The notes below the pieces were generated by a model. The model made no database searches. It saw only the letters and a program-made list of their open reading frames with translations, and had not been told where the DNA came from. DNA of 64,000 bases, taken from Octopus bimaculoides. Its lineage: Eukaryota. Position 1 is the stretch's first letter, and each line of letters begins with the position of its first letter. Location of the stretch: NCBI RefSeq assembly GCF_001194135.2, contig NC_068984.1, forward strand, positions 119,356,581 through 119,420,580, read 5' to 3'. Made by a program: the position numbers and the translations under genes. Shown piece after piece: positions 10,921 through 24,212 of the stretch.

Positions 10921-13900
10921 TGTGTGTGTGTGTAAGTGAGGGAGCACATGTAACAAGAGACCCTATGAAACAAGAATCTCTATAACAAAATGTACAGATA
11001 TACATTACAAGAGCTTCATTAACCAATTACTTGTATTTGTACAACTGTAGATGTTTGGATATTTGTAAATAGATACATCAAAATTCTTACACAGTATATT
11101 ATCTCACAGATGGTTCTCACACAGTAGAGAAAAGATTTGTGGTTTAATGCTATGACAACCTATTCCAGTTTTAAATTCCAAAGGGATGTGAAATGACTTG
11201 AAAAAAAAATATTCTATGGGGAAAAGTTGTTATCATCATTTATTTTGTACACAGACAGTTCTCAAAAGAACTTCTTCAGGTACTTCAGTATTAAAGACTG
11301 ATATGTCTAGTGAATGCAGAAGAGATATCAAATTTCAGTTCCTAAAGTATTCTTGGTACCTTTTCTATAGGTTTAAAAAAAAATTTTTTTTAAATTCAAT
11401 TTCCTGAAAAGTATCTAAAAAGATTATAACTGCAAAATGTATCTATGTGCTAAAACACAAAACAAAACAAACTCGAGGATAATAAGTAAATAAATAAATA
11501 AATATTTAAATGACTATTCTCTTCCCTCATTTTTATCATCCAAAACACTATTTCCCTAGCTTGCTTAGTCACTTTACTGTCTTTTCTAACAACCGCCCTG
11601 CCCACTTCATCACCCACACACCCACCAATGATATTTCAGGACTTACTCATTCACTATTTGTAACAATAGTGCATAGTTTAGTTACAACTTTAAGGAGGGA
11701 ATGCACTGATCTGAAACATAAGTGTGTTGAGAAATTTGAGTAGGATTCTTGACTGTTTGAACAGTGAAACAAATAAATGTTCACTGAATTATACATACAT
11801 TTTTATTTAACAGCCTAGTTCAGGTAACTTTCTCACTTCGTGGCTATTTTTTTTTTTTTTTCAATCTGGTAAGCTCTCCACCCACACAAGTATGTGCACA
11901 TGCTTAGAAGCCACACAGCAACTCAATAGAGTCTGAAAACATTTGATATTTATCATTCCAACTTCAATGTTTGATCAAGCAAAACTTGATAGGGACTCAC
12001 CACCCACAAATATAAATTTCTAACCTATTTTTTGGAGAAGGAAAAAGAAAAATTTAAAAAAAGGAATGTAATATGCCAGTTAACAAATTAAATATAAGCT
12101 GCATCCTGCTTTTTTTCTACTTAGTTTGGATTACAAATTATTGTTGCTGCTGTTGTTATTATTACTGAGTGAGAGAGCAGTGAATGCTGTCAAAGTGACA
12201 CTGGGGTAAAATATACAAAGCCCAGTATACCTATCATGACTACCCATCTGATAAGGGTACACCAGGCACATGCATCACAACCATATGTGCACGACATGGT
12301 GATCTCATATCAACATAAACAGCACATGACCTTGCAGGTGGGGCCCAGTTAGAATTTTCTTCAGGTAGCCCACCCTGCTCAAAAGGTCCCTGAATAAGGG
12401 TTGTTTAAGGATGTTGAACGAAACACCCATGTTTCCAAAGGTAAATTATCCAAATCCGAAAGAATTCCTCTCAACACATGGCTATGATGCTCACCCACTA
12501 CTTCTGCTCATGATCAGAGATGCACATATCGTCAGCCACTAAGGGACATGCTCAGCTAGTTAAGGTCAAACAACTGACAAGCAAATCTGTGGTATTGAGC
12601 AGAATATTTGCTGTAGCCCATCTGTTATACCAAGACAAAACAATGCACATGATAACACTTCCAATCAGTTAAGAGAGAAGCCATGAAAGCCATTGCCTGG
12701 TACTGCATCAGGGTATTTATTGTTGTTGTTATTATTATTATTATTAAGATAGCAAGTTGGCAGAATCGTTAGCACACTTCATGTCCTGAGTTCAAATTCT
12801 GCCAAGATCAACTTTGCCTTTCATCCTTTCAGAGTTGATAAATAAAGTACCAGTGTTTCACTGGCGCTGACATAATTTACTAGTTCCACTCCCCCAAATT
12901 TCAGGCCTTGTGCCTATACTAGAAAGGATTATTATCATTTATAAAGGTTGTGAGCTGGTAGAATCGTTAGCACACCAGGCAAAATTCTTAGTGGCATTTC
13001 ATCCACCTTCCCATTCTGAGTTCAATTTCCATTGAGGTCAGACTAAATTGGAGTGTCTTTCACTCTTCCTGTGAAATGGAAGTGTTTTATTGGTCAGATG
13101 TTGCCATCTGTACTAGTGACCCTTGAGAGGTGGGTTTGACATGCTGTGGCTGCTGATGCAGAGTGTTAGACCGAAGTTGTACCACTCACATAAATTCCTG
13201 GATAGTGTACAGATGTGATCTCCCAGGTATGGCATGCAATTCCATCGTTCATTTCTTTGATAAGTCAAGACTCAAGAAAAGACCAAGATTGGGTGCTTGA
13301 CATCTGGAAGGTCACCATCCTTTACCAATCAAGACATACAGTCACTGGAAGTCTCACTTCAACAATATACTAAAGGGCCGGCAGGGTGTAAGAATATGAT
13401 GTCATCGTTGTCATCATCATCATCATTTAATGTCCACTTTCCATGCTGGCATAGGCTGAACAGTTTGACCGGAGCTGGCAAGGCCAGGAGCTGCACCAAG
13501 TTCCATAGTCTGTTTTGGCTAGGTTTCTACAATTGGACGCCCTTAAGGAAACTCTAGGTGTCAACAAGGATGAACTTGCTGGAGACTCTTCAGGAGAACA
13601 TTTAGGTCAGGTATACTATGGATAACTTTCAGAAATCCTTCCTAAATCAGTAGAGCTGCAGGGCTGCTCAAGATGCACACGGAGCAACAAAACCATACTA
13701 CATGTATCCATGTGACGTCTGAGTTATGTTGGACAGCTGTTGTCACATGGAAAATGAATCCAGCGATCAGCCAATTATATAAAGTAAAAGTACAGCAGGA
13801 CAGGGGTGAGGGATGGGGGATGTTATCAACTAACCCCTCCCCTTGAAATGCTAACTTTCTGCCTAAATTAGCAACAGTTATTGTAGTTGTTGTTATCATA

Positions 13901-14777
13901 ATTAATTTCTTTCTTTCCTTACATCATCCATTTTTCTTTCTTTGAAATCCATTCTCCATGCTAGCAATGGTTGGATGGTTCTACAAAATTTTGTTACTTT
14001 TAACTCAAGCCTTATCATTAGTCACTCTTTTATTCTTTTTTTTTTTTTTTAATCACTAAGTGCTTTATTTTCATTGTTATTTTTAGATGATTACAACTCA
14101 GGCTACCTTCTTCTGGCTATGTGAGCATTTTGTTCTTGATTTTCAATGTCCACCCACTCACCATCTTTTCTTTCATATTAGCTTTCTTCCTTGTTAACAA
14201 CAAGAAGCTTCTTTCTGATTCCTAGCTGCTTGTTCTTGTTACTCTAGTCTGAATGCTATTATTCATTCAGATTACTTTTGCTTATCTTGCTTATAAAACA
14301 TATTTCATTTCCCTTTAGTTAGCCAGATTCTTTAAACCTTTAGCATTCAGATTACTCTGCCAAATGTAATGCATATTTATTCACATTGCTTTGAATTAAT
14401 CCTACTTTATCTCATAGCATTGAGATTTTGATGATGTGATTGTTTAATTTTACAATAACATTGTAGGGTAAATGTGAGAAGTTGGGCATGGCCAGTTTGA
14501 GCATAAAATGGGTAGGTTATTTGGACCTGTATGTATGTATGTAGCTGTGTGTGTGTCTTGCTGTTTGTGCACCACCACTTGACAGTTGGTGTTGGTTTGT
14601 TTACATCCCAGTAACTTGGCAGTTTGACATAATACAGCCTAATAAAAAAATTATTACTGGGGTCAATTCATTTGAGTAAAACCTATCAAGGTGGTGCCCC
14701 GGTGTGACAACAGTCCAATGACTAGAACAAGTAAAAGATTAAGGATAAAAGATAAAGAAAAAGAGACAGAAGCTTAC

Positions 14778-14905
14778 CTTCCAGTTCAGATTGATCTGCA
14801 GGTGAACCTGTGGCTGTTCCAGTCAGAATTACTCCATCACTTAAGAAGAATTCTGCAGCCTTGGCAGTTTCAACTATGTCAATGTCTTCAGTAATGCTAT
14901 GAGAG
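14778..14905 (-). CDS. Internal exon of BtpA/SgcQ-family protein
   Basis: AG acceptor at 14907-14906 and GTAAGC donor at 14777. The 128-bp exon encodes (S)SHSITEDIDIVETAKAAEFFLSDGVILTGTATGSPADQSELE(A). Its phases (2 in, 1 out) match both neighbouring exons. Confidence 0.93.
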
Positions 14906-15554
14906 CTAGATTTTGAAATTTTAATTTTGTAAAGAAAAAAAAATTCTTTTAATTTATTGGATAGTATAAACGAAATTTTTAGAGGGAAGAGAACAAAATT
15001 TCAGGGATATATTAGCATTAAATCTAAATAAAAAACAGGGATATTAAAAAAAAAACAAAAAAAAACATGTATTTGATGCATTACCCAGTATTCAGTTGCT
15101 ATTAGTAGAATCCAATCTGCTATAACTATTTGATCATTAAATGATGATGATGATGGTGATGATGATGATAAGTACATACATACTTCATCATCATCACCAT
15201 CATCGTTTAACATTCTCTTTCCATGCTAGCATGAGTTGGACGATTTGACTGAGGACTGGTAAGCAAGAAGGCTGCACCAGGCTCCAATCTGATCTGGCAG
15301 AGTTTCTACAGCTGGATGCCCTTCCTAACGCCAACCACTCAGAGAGTGTAGTGGGTGCTTTTACGTGCCACCCGCACGAGGGCCAGTCACACGGTACTGG
15401 CAACAGCCACGCTCTAATCAACATATTCAGTATTACTGATCCATTTCAGCTAATATCACTACCAATCAGTTTTGCACTGGGTGTTAAGTAACTAGACATT
15501 AGATAACATCTCAGTTAAGTAAATACCACACACTCTTCACAGTGTGTGCTAGTT

Positions 15555-15770
15555 TGGTCATGTGATGTGCATAGATGAGAACAGTTGCATAAAGAAGTTC
15601 TGCTCTCTTAAAGTGGATGGAACTTGTGGAAGAGGGAGACCCAGGAAGACATGGGACGAAGTAATGAAGGATGATCTCAAGATGTTCCATCTTATAGAAG
15701 GAGATGACAAAAGACTGAGATATCTAATGTCTAACTGTACTCAAGAAGACCTGTCCGCTACAGCTGAATA
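15555..15770 (+). mobile_element. RTE LINE ORF2 C-terminal fragment
   Basis: HVMCIDENSCIKKFCSLKVDGTCGRGRPRKTWDEVMKDDL. Confidence 0.8.
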
Positions 15771-15899
15771 GATATCCTAAAACCACTTTGGTAATGCTTA
15801 CCTCCATCCTTTCTGCTTTGTTAACCTTCTTCCCCTACATTTCATCCTCCAACACCCATCACTTCCTCTATCACCTAAGGGCAGAATCGGCACATACTA

Positions 15900-16122
15900 A
15901 GTGGTGAGCTGGCAGAAACGTTAGCACGCCAGGCGAAATGCTTAGCGGTATTTCGTCCGCCGCTACATTCTGAGTTCAAATTCCACCGAGGTCGACTTTG
16001 CCTTTCATCCTTTCGGGGTCGATTAAATAAGTACCAGTTATGCACTGGGGTCGATATAATCCGTTTGTCTGTCCTTGGTTGTCCCCTCTGTGTGTAGCCC
16101 CTTGTGGGCAATAAGAAAATAA
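15900..16122 (+). mobile_element. tRNA-derived SINE with Deu/Nin-like central domain
   Basis: Head GAGCTGGCAGAAACGTTAGC, B box GAGTTCAAATTCC, central GGTCGACTTTGCCTTTCATCCTTTCGGGGTCGAT..AAGTACCAG. The best sister copy is 59290-59515. Further copies lie at ~12750-13040, 20236-20640, 27115-27315(-), 42985-43155, 44250-44462, 60475-60685 and 62280-62465. Confidence 0.8.
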
Positions 16123-17219
16123 GAATAGGCACATACTACATCCCTGGTTTTCTCCATTAACTTTTCTCCCCACTCCCAGTTACCTTTCTTCCTTCACTTA
16201 CTGTCTCCACCAATCACCTCCTTTCTGCACCTACTCTCTCCTCCCTCTGCAGCTCTCCATCATCAACACTTCATTTACCTGCTATCACCTTCAATGCCCT
16301 CACATATTTATTGCAACCCCTGCACCCAAGCCTTTTCTATATTTCTCTCCATCATTGCTATAGTCACTTCATCCTGCCTATTCACCCAGCCCAAGTCTCT
16401 ACATCACCTCTGTACCTTAAATCTAACAGCTAGCACAAAGTCACATCCTCTCAATACTACCCACCTGTCCCATCTGGGGGGTTCTTGTCTTGCAAGGTAC
16501 TTGGTGATCCTGTTGGTGCTGGTACCAAATAAAAAGCACTGATACCTACCTCTATTACCACCCATCACTTTCCTCTTGCTTTTTCTCTCACTATCCATCT
16601 TTCCACCTCAAGAGTACCTTCTAGTTTTCCTTTCCCTCACTACACAGTTCCTCCTTTTTCTCTTACTCTCTCCCTTACCTCCCCACCTGGGACACTTTCA
16701 CAACATTCACACTCTACCATTCCTCTTCTCTCTACCTATAGGGTTAATTCACTTTACTACTTAAGGAGCATAGGGCCAGTTTCCTCGTTTCTTTGGTGTA
16801 TATATCCTTCCTTGGATGGAAACACCAGTTCATCGCAGGATTACTCATTTTCACCAGCTGAGTGGACTGGAGCAACATGAAATGAAGTGTTTTGCTCAAG
16901 AACACAACACATCACTTGGCCCAGGAATTGAAACTACAGTTTTACAATCATGTGTCCAATACCCTAACCACTAAACCATATGCCTCCTCTCCCCACCAAT
17001 ACAGTACCCTCAAAACATTGTAGACTTTATAGATGAAGCTCTTTCTGTGATCAACACCAATGTAACCCAAGATTTGATTGTCTCCCACGCCCTTCATTCT
17101 GCATCATTATGACCTACTTGCTGTTACATGCACCATCACGCAATCCTATTTAAATTATATCACCTTCATACTTTCTTAAATTCTGTACCACACAAGCATC
17201 TTCCACATTCAACCCAAAC

Positions 17220-17366
17220 CAGTTATGGGCAAACTGCAGTCTGCAGAACTTTATAAATGGCATGCCTAATGAAAAAGTACACTAATTTTTTTTTTAGTAA
17301 TGTGACCTGCCTGATGACAAGCCATGTCTCATGCAACCTGCTTCTTACAAAGGTTGCCCATACCTG
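17220..17366. mobile_element. hAT-like MITE
   Basis: TIRs CAGTTATGGGCAAACT and AGGTTGCCCATACCTG. The 8-bp flanks ACCCAAAC and ACCTAGAC match at 6 of 8. A related degraded copy lies at ~58313-58468. Confidence 0.6.
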
Positions 17367-18151
17367 ACCTAGACACTTCACAAAAGACATCTACTGCTTC
17401 ACTGAACAGTGTCCTTGAAAACATACTCCAAAGAGGACACGACAACCTAAATGGACTACATCCAAATGAAGATCTTTCCGCTAATTAGCAAAAGACTTAC
17501 TAGCCAAAACACTACAGCCACTTGTCCACAAGCATGCTGCATCATTTTTTTTCTTCCTCTTCTACCTTTTATACAGTGGCCTTTGCCCCTTTGAACTTCT
17601 TAGCTACTTAACATCACATCTACTTCTTTGATTCAACTGTCTCTCATCCTTTTATTATCTCATCTCTGTTATTTCTCCACAGTACTTCATTCAATCCTGT
17701 GGAATTCTTTCCTCCTCCTCCTCCTCCTTATCGTTATTATTGTTGTAGTTTTTTTCGCAAATGAAGGTTATATCATTTTGCAGACTCTTGTAATGACATA
17801 ATAATCTCTTGTGCCAAAAGTTTACTCACGAACAACTAAAACATAAAAGCACAACAGAAATAACATTCTCCAGGATGTTGGTACTTTGATATAATAGTAA
17901 CAGTTGAGCAGCACTAGGTTAGACAGATACCTGGTGTTGCCACGCTTTTAGTATCAAAGTAACAACACCATGCTGGTTTTCATACACACAGCAAACTAAC
18001 AAAATAGGATCATCAACATTATCCTCATCATCATCATCATCATCATTACCAGCATTGTCACCAAAGATCCTGATGCCATCACCAATGTCCCCATCCTCTT
18101 CTCCTTGAACACTCATACATTGTCTTCGATGAGAGAGTTTGTTATATATAT

Positions 18152-18323
18152 ATGTGCACCTTCCGCACACAAAAACTATTTTCCCCGTTAACTTTACTCT
18201 GATATTGCTGTATCTCTTATGTGTCCATAGCTTACACCAGGTACATCTTATGGAGTTTCTAACTACAACATTTCTACAAATTGAGCAAGGCCATCTACCT
18301 GAAGGGATTTGTGATTTGTTTGC
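18152..18323 (-). mobile_element. RTE LINE fragment carrying a PHD-like Cys/His finger
   Basis: ANKSQIPSGRWPCSICRNVVVRNSIRCTWCKLWTHKRYSNIRVKLTGKIVFVCGRCT. The same PSGRWPCS.C segment follows the RT domain at 61010-61056. Confidence 0.8.
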
Positions 18324-18787
18324 ATATATATATATATATATANNNNNNNNNNNNNNNNNNNNNNNNNNNNNNNNNNNNNNNNNNNNNNNNNNNNNNNNNN
18401 NNNNNNNNNNNNNNNNNNNNNNNNNNNNNNNNNNNNNNNNNNNNNNNNNNNNNNNNNNNNNNNNNNNNNNNNNNNNNNNNNNNNNNNNNNNNNNNNNNNN
18501 NNNNNNNNNNNNNNNNNNNNNNNNNNNNNNNNNNNNNNNNNNNNNNNNNNNNNNNNNNNNNNNNNNNNNNNNNNNNNNNNNNNNNNNNNNNNNNNNNNNN
18601 NNNNNNNNNNNNNNNNNNNNNNNNNNNNNNNNNNNNNNNNNNNNNNNNNNNNNNNNNNNNNNNNNNNNNNNNNNNNNNNNNNNNNNNNNNNNNNNNNNNN
18701 NNNNNNNNNNNNNNNNNNNNNNNNNNNNNNNNNNNNNNNNNNNNNNNNNNTATATATATATATATATATACATGTATATATATATAT

Positions 18788-18845
<58 letters not shown>

Positions 18846-19552
18846 ATGTAGATAGATAGAGAGAGAGAGAGAGAGGAAGGGGGAGAGAGGCTTCTGATTG
18901 TATGCATTTATGTGTGTTTAAATTAGAAGATAATCATTGTTAGATTACATGCTTTTTTTATCAACTGATGCATAAACATACTCACATATACACACACAAA
19001 CTCACACTTGCAAACACACATACACATGCGCACACACAAACTCACATGCACACACACACACACACACACACATACATATTTATAGATAAAGAAAACAACA
19101 AATATAAATAAAACACATCAAAGATGCACCACCTCAAACAGAATTTTTTTTTTCTCTTTCTTTTTCAATAAACCCACAATATCTCAGTCCTCAGAACTGC
19201 ACTTGATCTGAAGAACACAGTAACCCAATTTCTATAAAACTAATAGAGCTGGATACAACATTTCATTTCAAATTTAAGGGTTAGTAATAGTATCCTAACA
19301 AAACAAAAAATTTCCCCATATCCTGTGTCAGTGTTATTCAGGAGAGGAAAAAGGCAGTTAGGGTTAAAAGCTAATTCATGCATCTTTCATGTATAGCAAA
19401 CTGTCAGTTCCCCCAATACATTTTTTTTACAGTTCAACTGTTTATCGTTGAATATTAAACTCATGTACATAACTCTGTGTTGTCTTTTAACCAATACTTT
19501 CTTCTGTTAACTTGGAAGAGAGAAAGCGAGAGAGAGAAAGTGAGAGAGAGAA

Positions 19553-19597
<45 letters not shown>

Positions 19598-20642
19598 AAG
19601 AGAAAAAGAGAGACAGACAGACAGAGGGAGAGAGAGAAAAAGAGAGAGAAAAAGAGAGAGAACAAAAGAGACAGAGTGAGAGACAAAGTGATAGAAAGAG
19701 AGAGAGAGGGAGACATGGGGTTGTTGGACTAAAAGAGAGTATGATTTTGCTTGTTTCAGTCATTAGACTGTGGCCATGCTGGGGCACCGGCTTGAAGAAT
19801 TTTAGTTGAATGAATCAAACCCCAGTACTTTTTAATTTTTTAAGCCTGGTACCTATTTGATCGGTCTCTTTTGCTGAACTAATAATGTTACGGACACGTA
19901 AACACACCAGCACTGACTGTCAAGCAGTGATGGGGTACAAACACGCACACACTCACACTTCTTTCAGTTTCTGTCTCCCAAGTCCACTCACAAGGCTTTG
20001 GTCAGCCCAGGGCTATAGTAGAAGACACTTGCCCAAGGTGCCACGTAGTGGGATTGAACCCAGAGCCATGTCGTTGAGAAGCAAGCATCTTATCACACAG
20101 AAAGAGAAATGTAAAGCATTTCTGCTAAGAAAATTTGATCCACAATCTTGCAGAAACAATGTGTTAGTTAATTTTATTTCTCTTAATATTTTACCAATTT
20201 TTTTGGGGCGTGGGGGGTCCCTTTATATTATTTGGCAATGAGCTGGCAGAACTGTTAGCATGCTACACAAAATGCTTAGCAGTATTCCTTCCAGCTTTAC
20301 ATTCTGAGTTCGAACCCCACTCAGGTTGTCTTTTCCTTTCATCCTTTTGGGGCTCGATAAAATAAATAACAGTTGAGCTGTGGTAGCAGTGATGGTGATG
20401 TGTCAGGGTAGTTGACTAACACCCTCCCACAAAATTTCAGGATTTGTATCCTTAGAATGAATTATTATTATTAGGTAGATTAGCAAAGCCATTAGAGCAT
20501 TGTGAAAAAATGCTTTGTGGTAATTTTTTCAGCCCTTTATGTTCTGAGTTCAAATCCTGCCAAAGTCAACTTTGCCTTTCATCCCCCCAGGGTCAATAAA
20601 ATAAAGTATCAATGAAGTGCTGGTGTTGATGACATCAATTAA

Positions 20643-20862
20643 CCCTTTAGCATTCAAATTGTTCTGTCAAATGTAATGCTTATTTATTTACATTGTTTTG
20701 AATTAATCATACATCATCTTGTTGCTTCAAGATTTTGATCACATGATTGTTTATTTTTATAATGACATGGTAGGGTAGGTGTAAGAGGCCAGGTCTGGCT
20801 TGTTTGAACATTGAATATACTCAACACATTTGAACCAGATATGGTCTGTTTAAATGCTAGAG
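20643..20862. mobile_element. TTAA-flanked MITE (family also at 53804-54024 and partially at ~14335-14520)
   Basis: TTAA|CCCTTTAGCATT...AATGCTAGAG|TTAA. The 53804-54024 copy shows TTAA|CCCTTTAGCATT...AATGCTAAAGGA|TTAA. Confidence 0.7.
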
Positions 20863-20913
20863 TTAAACCTCTCTCCTCAACGTTTTTGGCATTAGGTCTA
20901 AATCAGAAACCTT

Positions 20914-21154
20914 ATTTACATTATTGACATTCGATGATTATTTGTCCTCATCTTGTTTGTTGTTAACGCAATGCTTCGGCTGATATACCCTCCAGCCTTC
21001 TTCAGGTGTCTTAGGGAAATTTCGAACCTGGGTTCTCATTCCTAAGGTATTTTTCGATGTTATTATTATTATTATTGTTCAGGTCACTGCTTGGAATCGA
21101 ACTCGGAATCTTGGGGTTAGTAGCCTGTGCTCTTAACCACTACGCCATATGCCC
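20914..21154 (-). mobile_element. tRNA-headed SINE with hammerhead-like 3' module
   Basis: The minus strand begins GGGCATATGGCGTAGTGGTTAAGAGCACAGGCTACTAACCCCAAGATTCCGAGTTCGATTCC (A and B boxes). It continues through (AAT)n to GACAC-CTGAAGA-A-GGCTG-loop-CAGCC-GAAG-CATT-GCGTT. Confidence 0.7.
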
Positions 21155-21480
21155 ATGGGCAATTATGGAGTGACTTTTTTAGGGCTTATAAATCTAATAT
21201 TTTTCTATCCTTCCTTAATACCGGTTCCCATATGCTGCTCATATCTGCCCTCGGTCTGCTTAGGAGGTTGTTGTGTCCTAACATATGTGCTGCTTCTTTT
21301 AGTTTTTGTATTGTCCAGTGGTGTTCTCTGTCTATTATTTTAACTTCAACCTACAGGGGGAGGTGGTCTCCATTTTTCCATGCAGGTAGTTTATCCCATC
21401 CCCCTCCAGCTTTTATTTCAATTTCATGCAATTAGAAAAAACTGTATTATTTATGGGATGACCCAATATATATAAACATA

Positions 21481-21831
21481 TCTATTATAATAAACGTGAA
21501 ATTCTGTCTGTCCGTCCGGGACCTCTCTATCTCAGTCTACATAGACATATCATACCTTTCTGAAATCAAGATGATCCCAGAATTTAAAATCTACCCTTCA
21601 TTTGGTTCTCGAATATCCAGCATTGGGATCAGGTCTGTATGAAGATTTAACAGTTGAAAATTCAAATTTTAAAAGAACTCTTCATTTAAATTGAATTTAA
21701 AGTAATACCATATCGGTAGGGTACCAATAAATGTTTTATTATTATTACTCTCAAATTTTGGGCCATAGGCCCAATTAGCTCTCTGCAGGAGCCAACTTGA
21801 AAGTCCACATTGAGTATGACTTTTAAGCTAG
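21481..21831 (+). mobile_element. Possible non-autonomous Helitron
   Basis: Starts TC after an A and ends CTAG before a T. Subterminal hairpins are AAAGTC/GACTTT (21800-21823) and TTGGGCC/GGCCCAA (21758-21774). Single copy in the window. Confidence 0.4.
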
Positions 21832-24212
21832 TATATATATCCTTTTTTTTTTCTTTTTACTTGTTTCGGTCACTTGACTGTGACCCTGCTGGAGTACCGC
21901 CTTTAGTCAAACAAATCGACCCTGAGACTTATTCTTTGTAAGCCTAGTACTTATTTTATTGATCTCTTTTGCCAAACTGCTAAGTTATGGGGATGTAAAC
22001 ACACCAACACATACACACACACACACATATACAACAGGCTTCTTTTAGTTTCCATCTACCAAATCCACTCAAGGCTTTGGTTGGCCCGCGGCTATAGTAG
22101 AAGACACTTACCCAAGGTACCACGCAGTGGGACTGAACCCAGAACCATGTGGTTGGGAAGCAAGCTTCTTACCACATAGCCACTCCTGTGCCTATATTTA
22201 TATATTATAGTATATTATGTAAACAAAGAAGATGTAAATAAGAATGTGCAACTAACTAATTAGGCTTAAAATGAGGTAATGAGGAAGAAAGAGTAACATA
22301 TATTATAGTCAATAGAAATAATACTTAAAAAGACAATTGATGGTTGCCTTGAGTCTTTGAAAGTCTGTTATGGTAAAGGGAGAATTGTATTCTGGAAAAA
22401 AAAAATAAAGAGGGAGAAAAGAAAAAGAAACAAACTGTTCCTATTCTGCAAAGTGAAAAGAAGTCTTTGGCATTTGATGTGAAGTGTAAAAGTGTTATGG
22501 AGAAAGGTTGCTTGGATAATAAGAAACAACTAAGTGTGTAAAATGAACAGAAATGGGGGAACAAGGACAGTGTTAAACCAAAATACACACACACATACAC
22601 ATAATTTTAGCAAGGGTTTACAAAAAAGGAAAAAAAAATAACAAGTTATGATGGTCTTGTTTGGAAGGTTTAGAACTAAAGACTTAAAAAATACTGTCTG
22701 TCAACAAGAAAAGGGCTGCTGACCAGATAGATGCCAAGAGGTCAGCTAAGTTTGTTGATGGTTTGAAACTAAATGGAACTCTGAGCATTCAAGTTATCTT
22801 TTGTTAAAAGCAAATGAAAAAGAAAATGGTGGTGGTGGTGGTAAGTGATGCTGGTGGTGGTGATGGTGATGGTAATGGTGGTAGAGATGATGATGATGGT
22901 GGAGGTGTTGTTGTTGCTGTTGCTGGTGGTGGTGGTTGGTGGTAGCAGAACATGTAAAGAGAAAAAAAAAAAAACCCAATTATTTGACACATGGAAGTTA
23001 TCACAAACTAGGTGTCAACTTCAGGTCAGCAAGACTTCATTCAGTTTTGAGTTGGGAAGACTCAGTAGGAGGCTGTTCCATGTGTGTGCCTTCAAATTCA
23101 TCAATTCAATAATATTTTTTAAACACCTCTTCCACCAGTTTCCCCAGTCCCACCCTCACCAACCTATTTTATATAAGAATAATACTTGAAATTTTTTTGT
23201 TTTTGTTTTTTTGGTAATAAGCATTTAGTACCACCTGTTGTAGCACTACACCAACCCCTGGTCAATTTAATACCTTGTTATTTGCAAGCAGGAGGGGGTA
23301 GAGGCTTGTTGTAGTCACATGATGCAATAACATCTTATACATCAGTCACTAGATTGTGGCCATGCTAGAGCACAGCCTTGAAGAGGTTTAGTTGAATGGA
23401 TCAACCCCAGTACTTAATTTTATTTTAAGCCAGATACCTATTCAGTTGATCTCTTTTGCCAAGCTGCTAAGTTACAGGGACCATAAACACACCAACACCA
23501 GTTGTTAAGCAGCGAGGAAGTGGGGGTAGATACACAGACACAAAGACACACACACATGTCTTTTATCTTTTACTTGTTTCACTCATTAGACAGTGGCCAT
23601 GCTGGGGCACCACCATGAAGGGTTTTAGTGAAACAGATTGACCGCAATACTTATTTCTATTTTAAGCCTGGTATTTATTCTGTTGGTCTCTTTTTGCCAA
23701 GCTGGTAAGTTATGGGGACATAAACACACCAACGCTGGTTGTCAAGTGGTGGTGGTTGGGGTGAGGAAATACAGACACAAATACATGCACATACACACAT
23801 GTTAATTTTTAGAATGATTTGTAGGATAGGTGTGAGAGACTGGATCTGACTAGTTTAGACATGAAACTTGCAGTTATTAGGCATAAAAAAACATCCACTA
23901 TTCTGGTCTCCTAATACAATGCAAAGGGGAAAAAAGTCCTTTGCAGTATACTAGGAGCCAAGATTAGTTGATAGCACACACAAAAAAAAAAACAAGGAAA
24001 AAAAAATAACTCCAAGGTGGGGGGGGGGGGTCCGAGGGCCCACACCCCTACAATTTCAGTGGAAGAAAGTCATTTGCAGTATATTAGGAGATGAGATTAT
24101 TTGATAACACAAACTATAAATTTAAACTACGTCTAAACTAAGCGTTTTAAAAATATTCTGGCAAAAATCGGCCCTGGTAATTATTTTACTGTAAATGATT
24201 AGCAATAATAAC

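Noticed and set aside
12172-12718. Well-preserved ~550-bp GC-richer block that looks like a dispersed repeat
   Set aside because: There is only one copy in the window and no diagnostic termini or coding signal, so it cannot be classified from this sequence alone.
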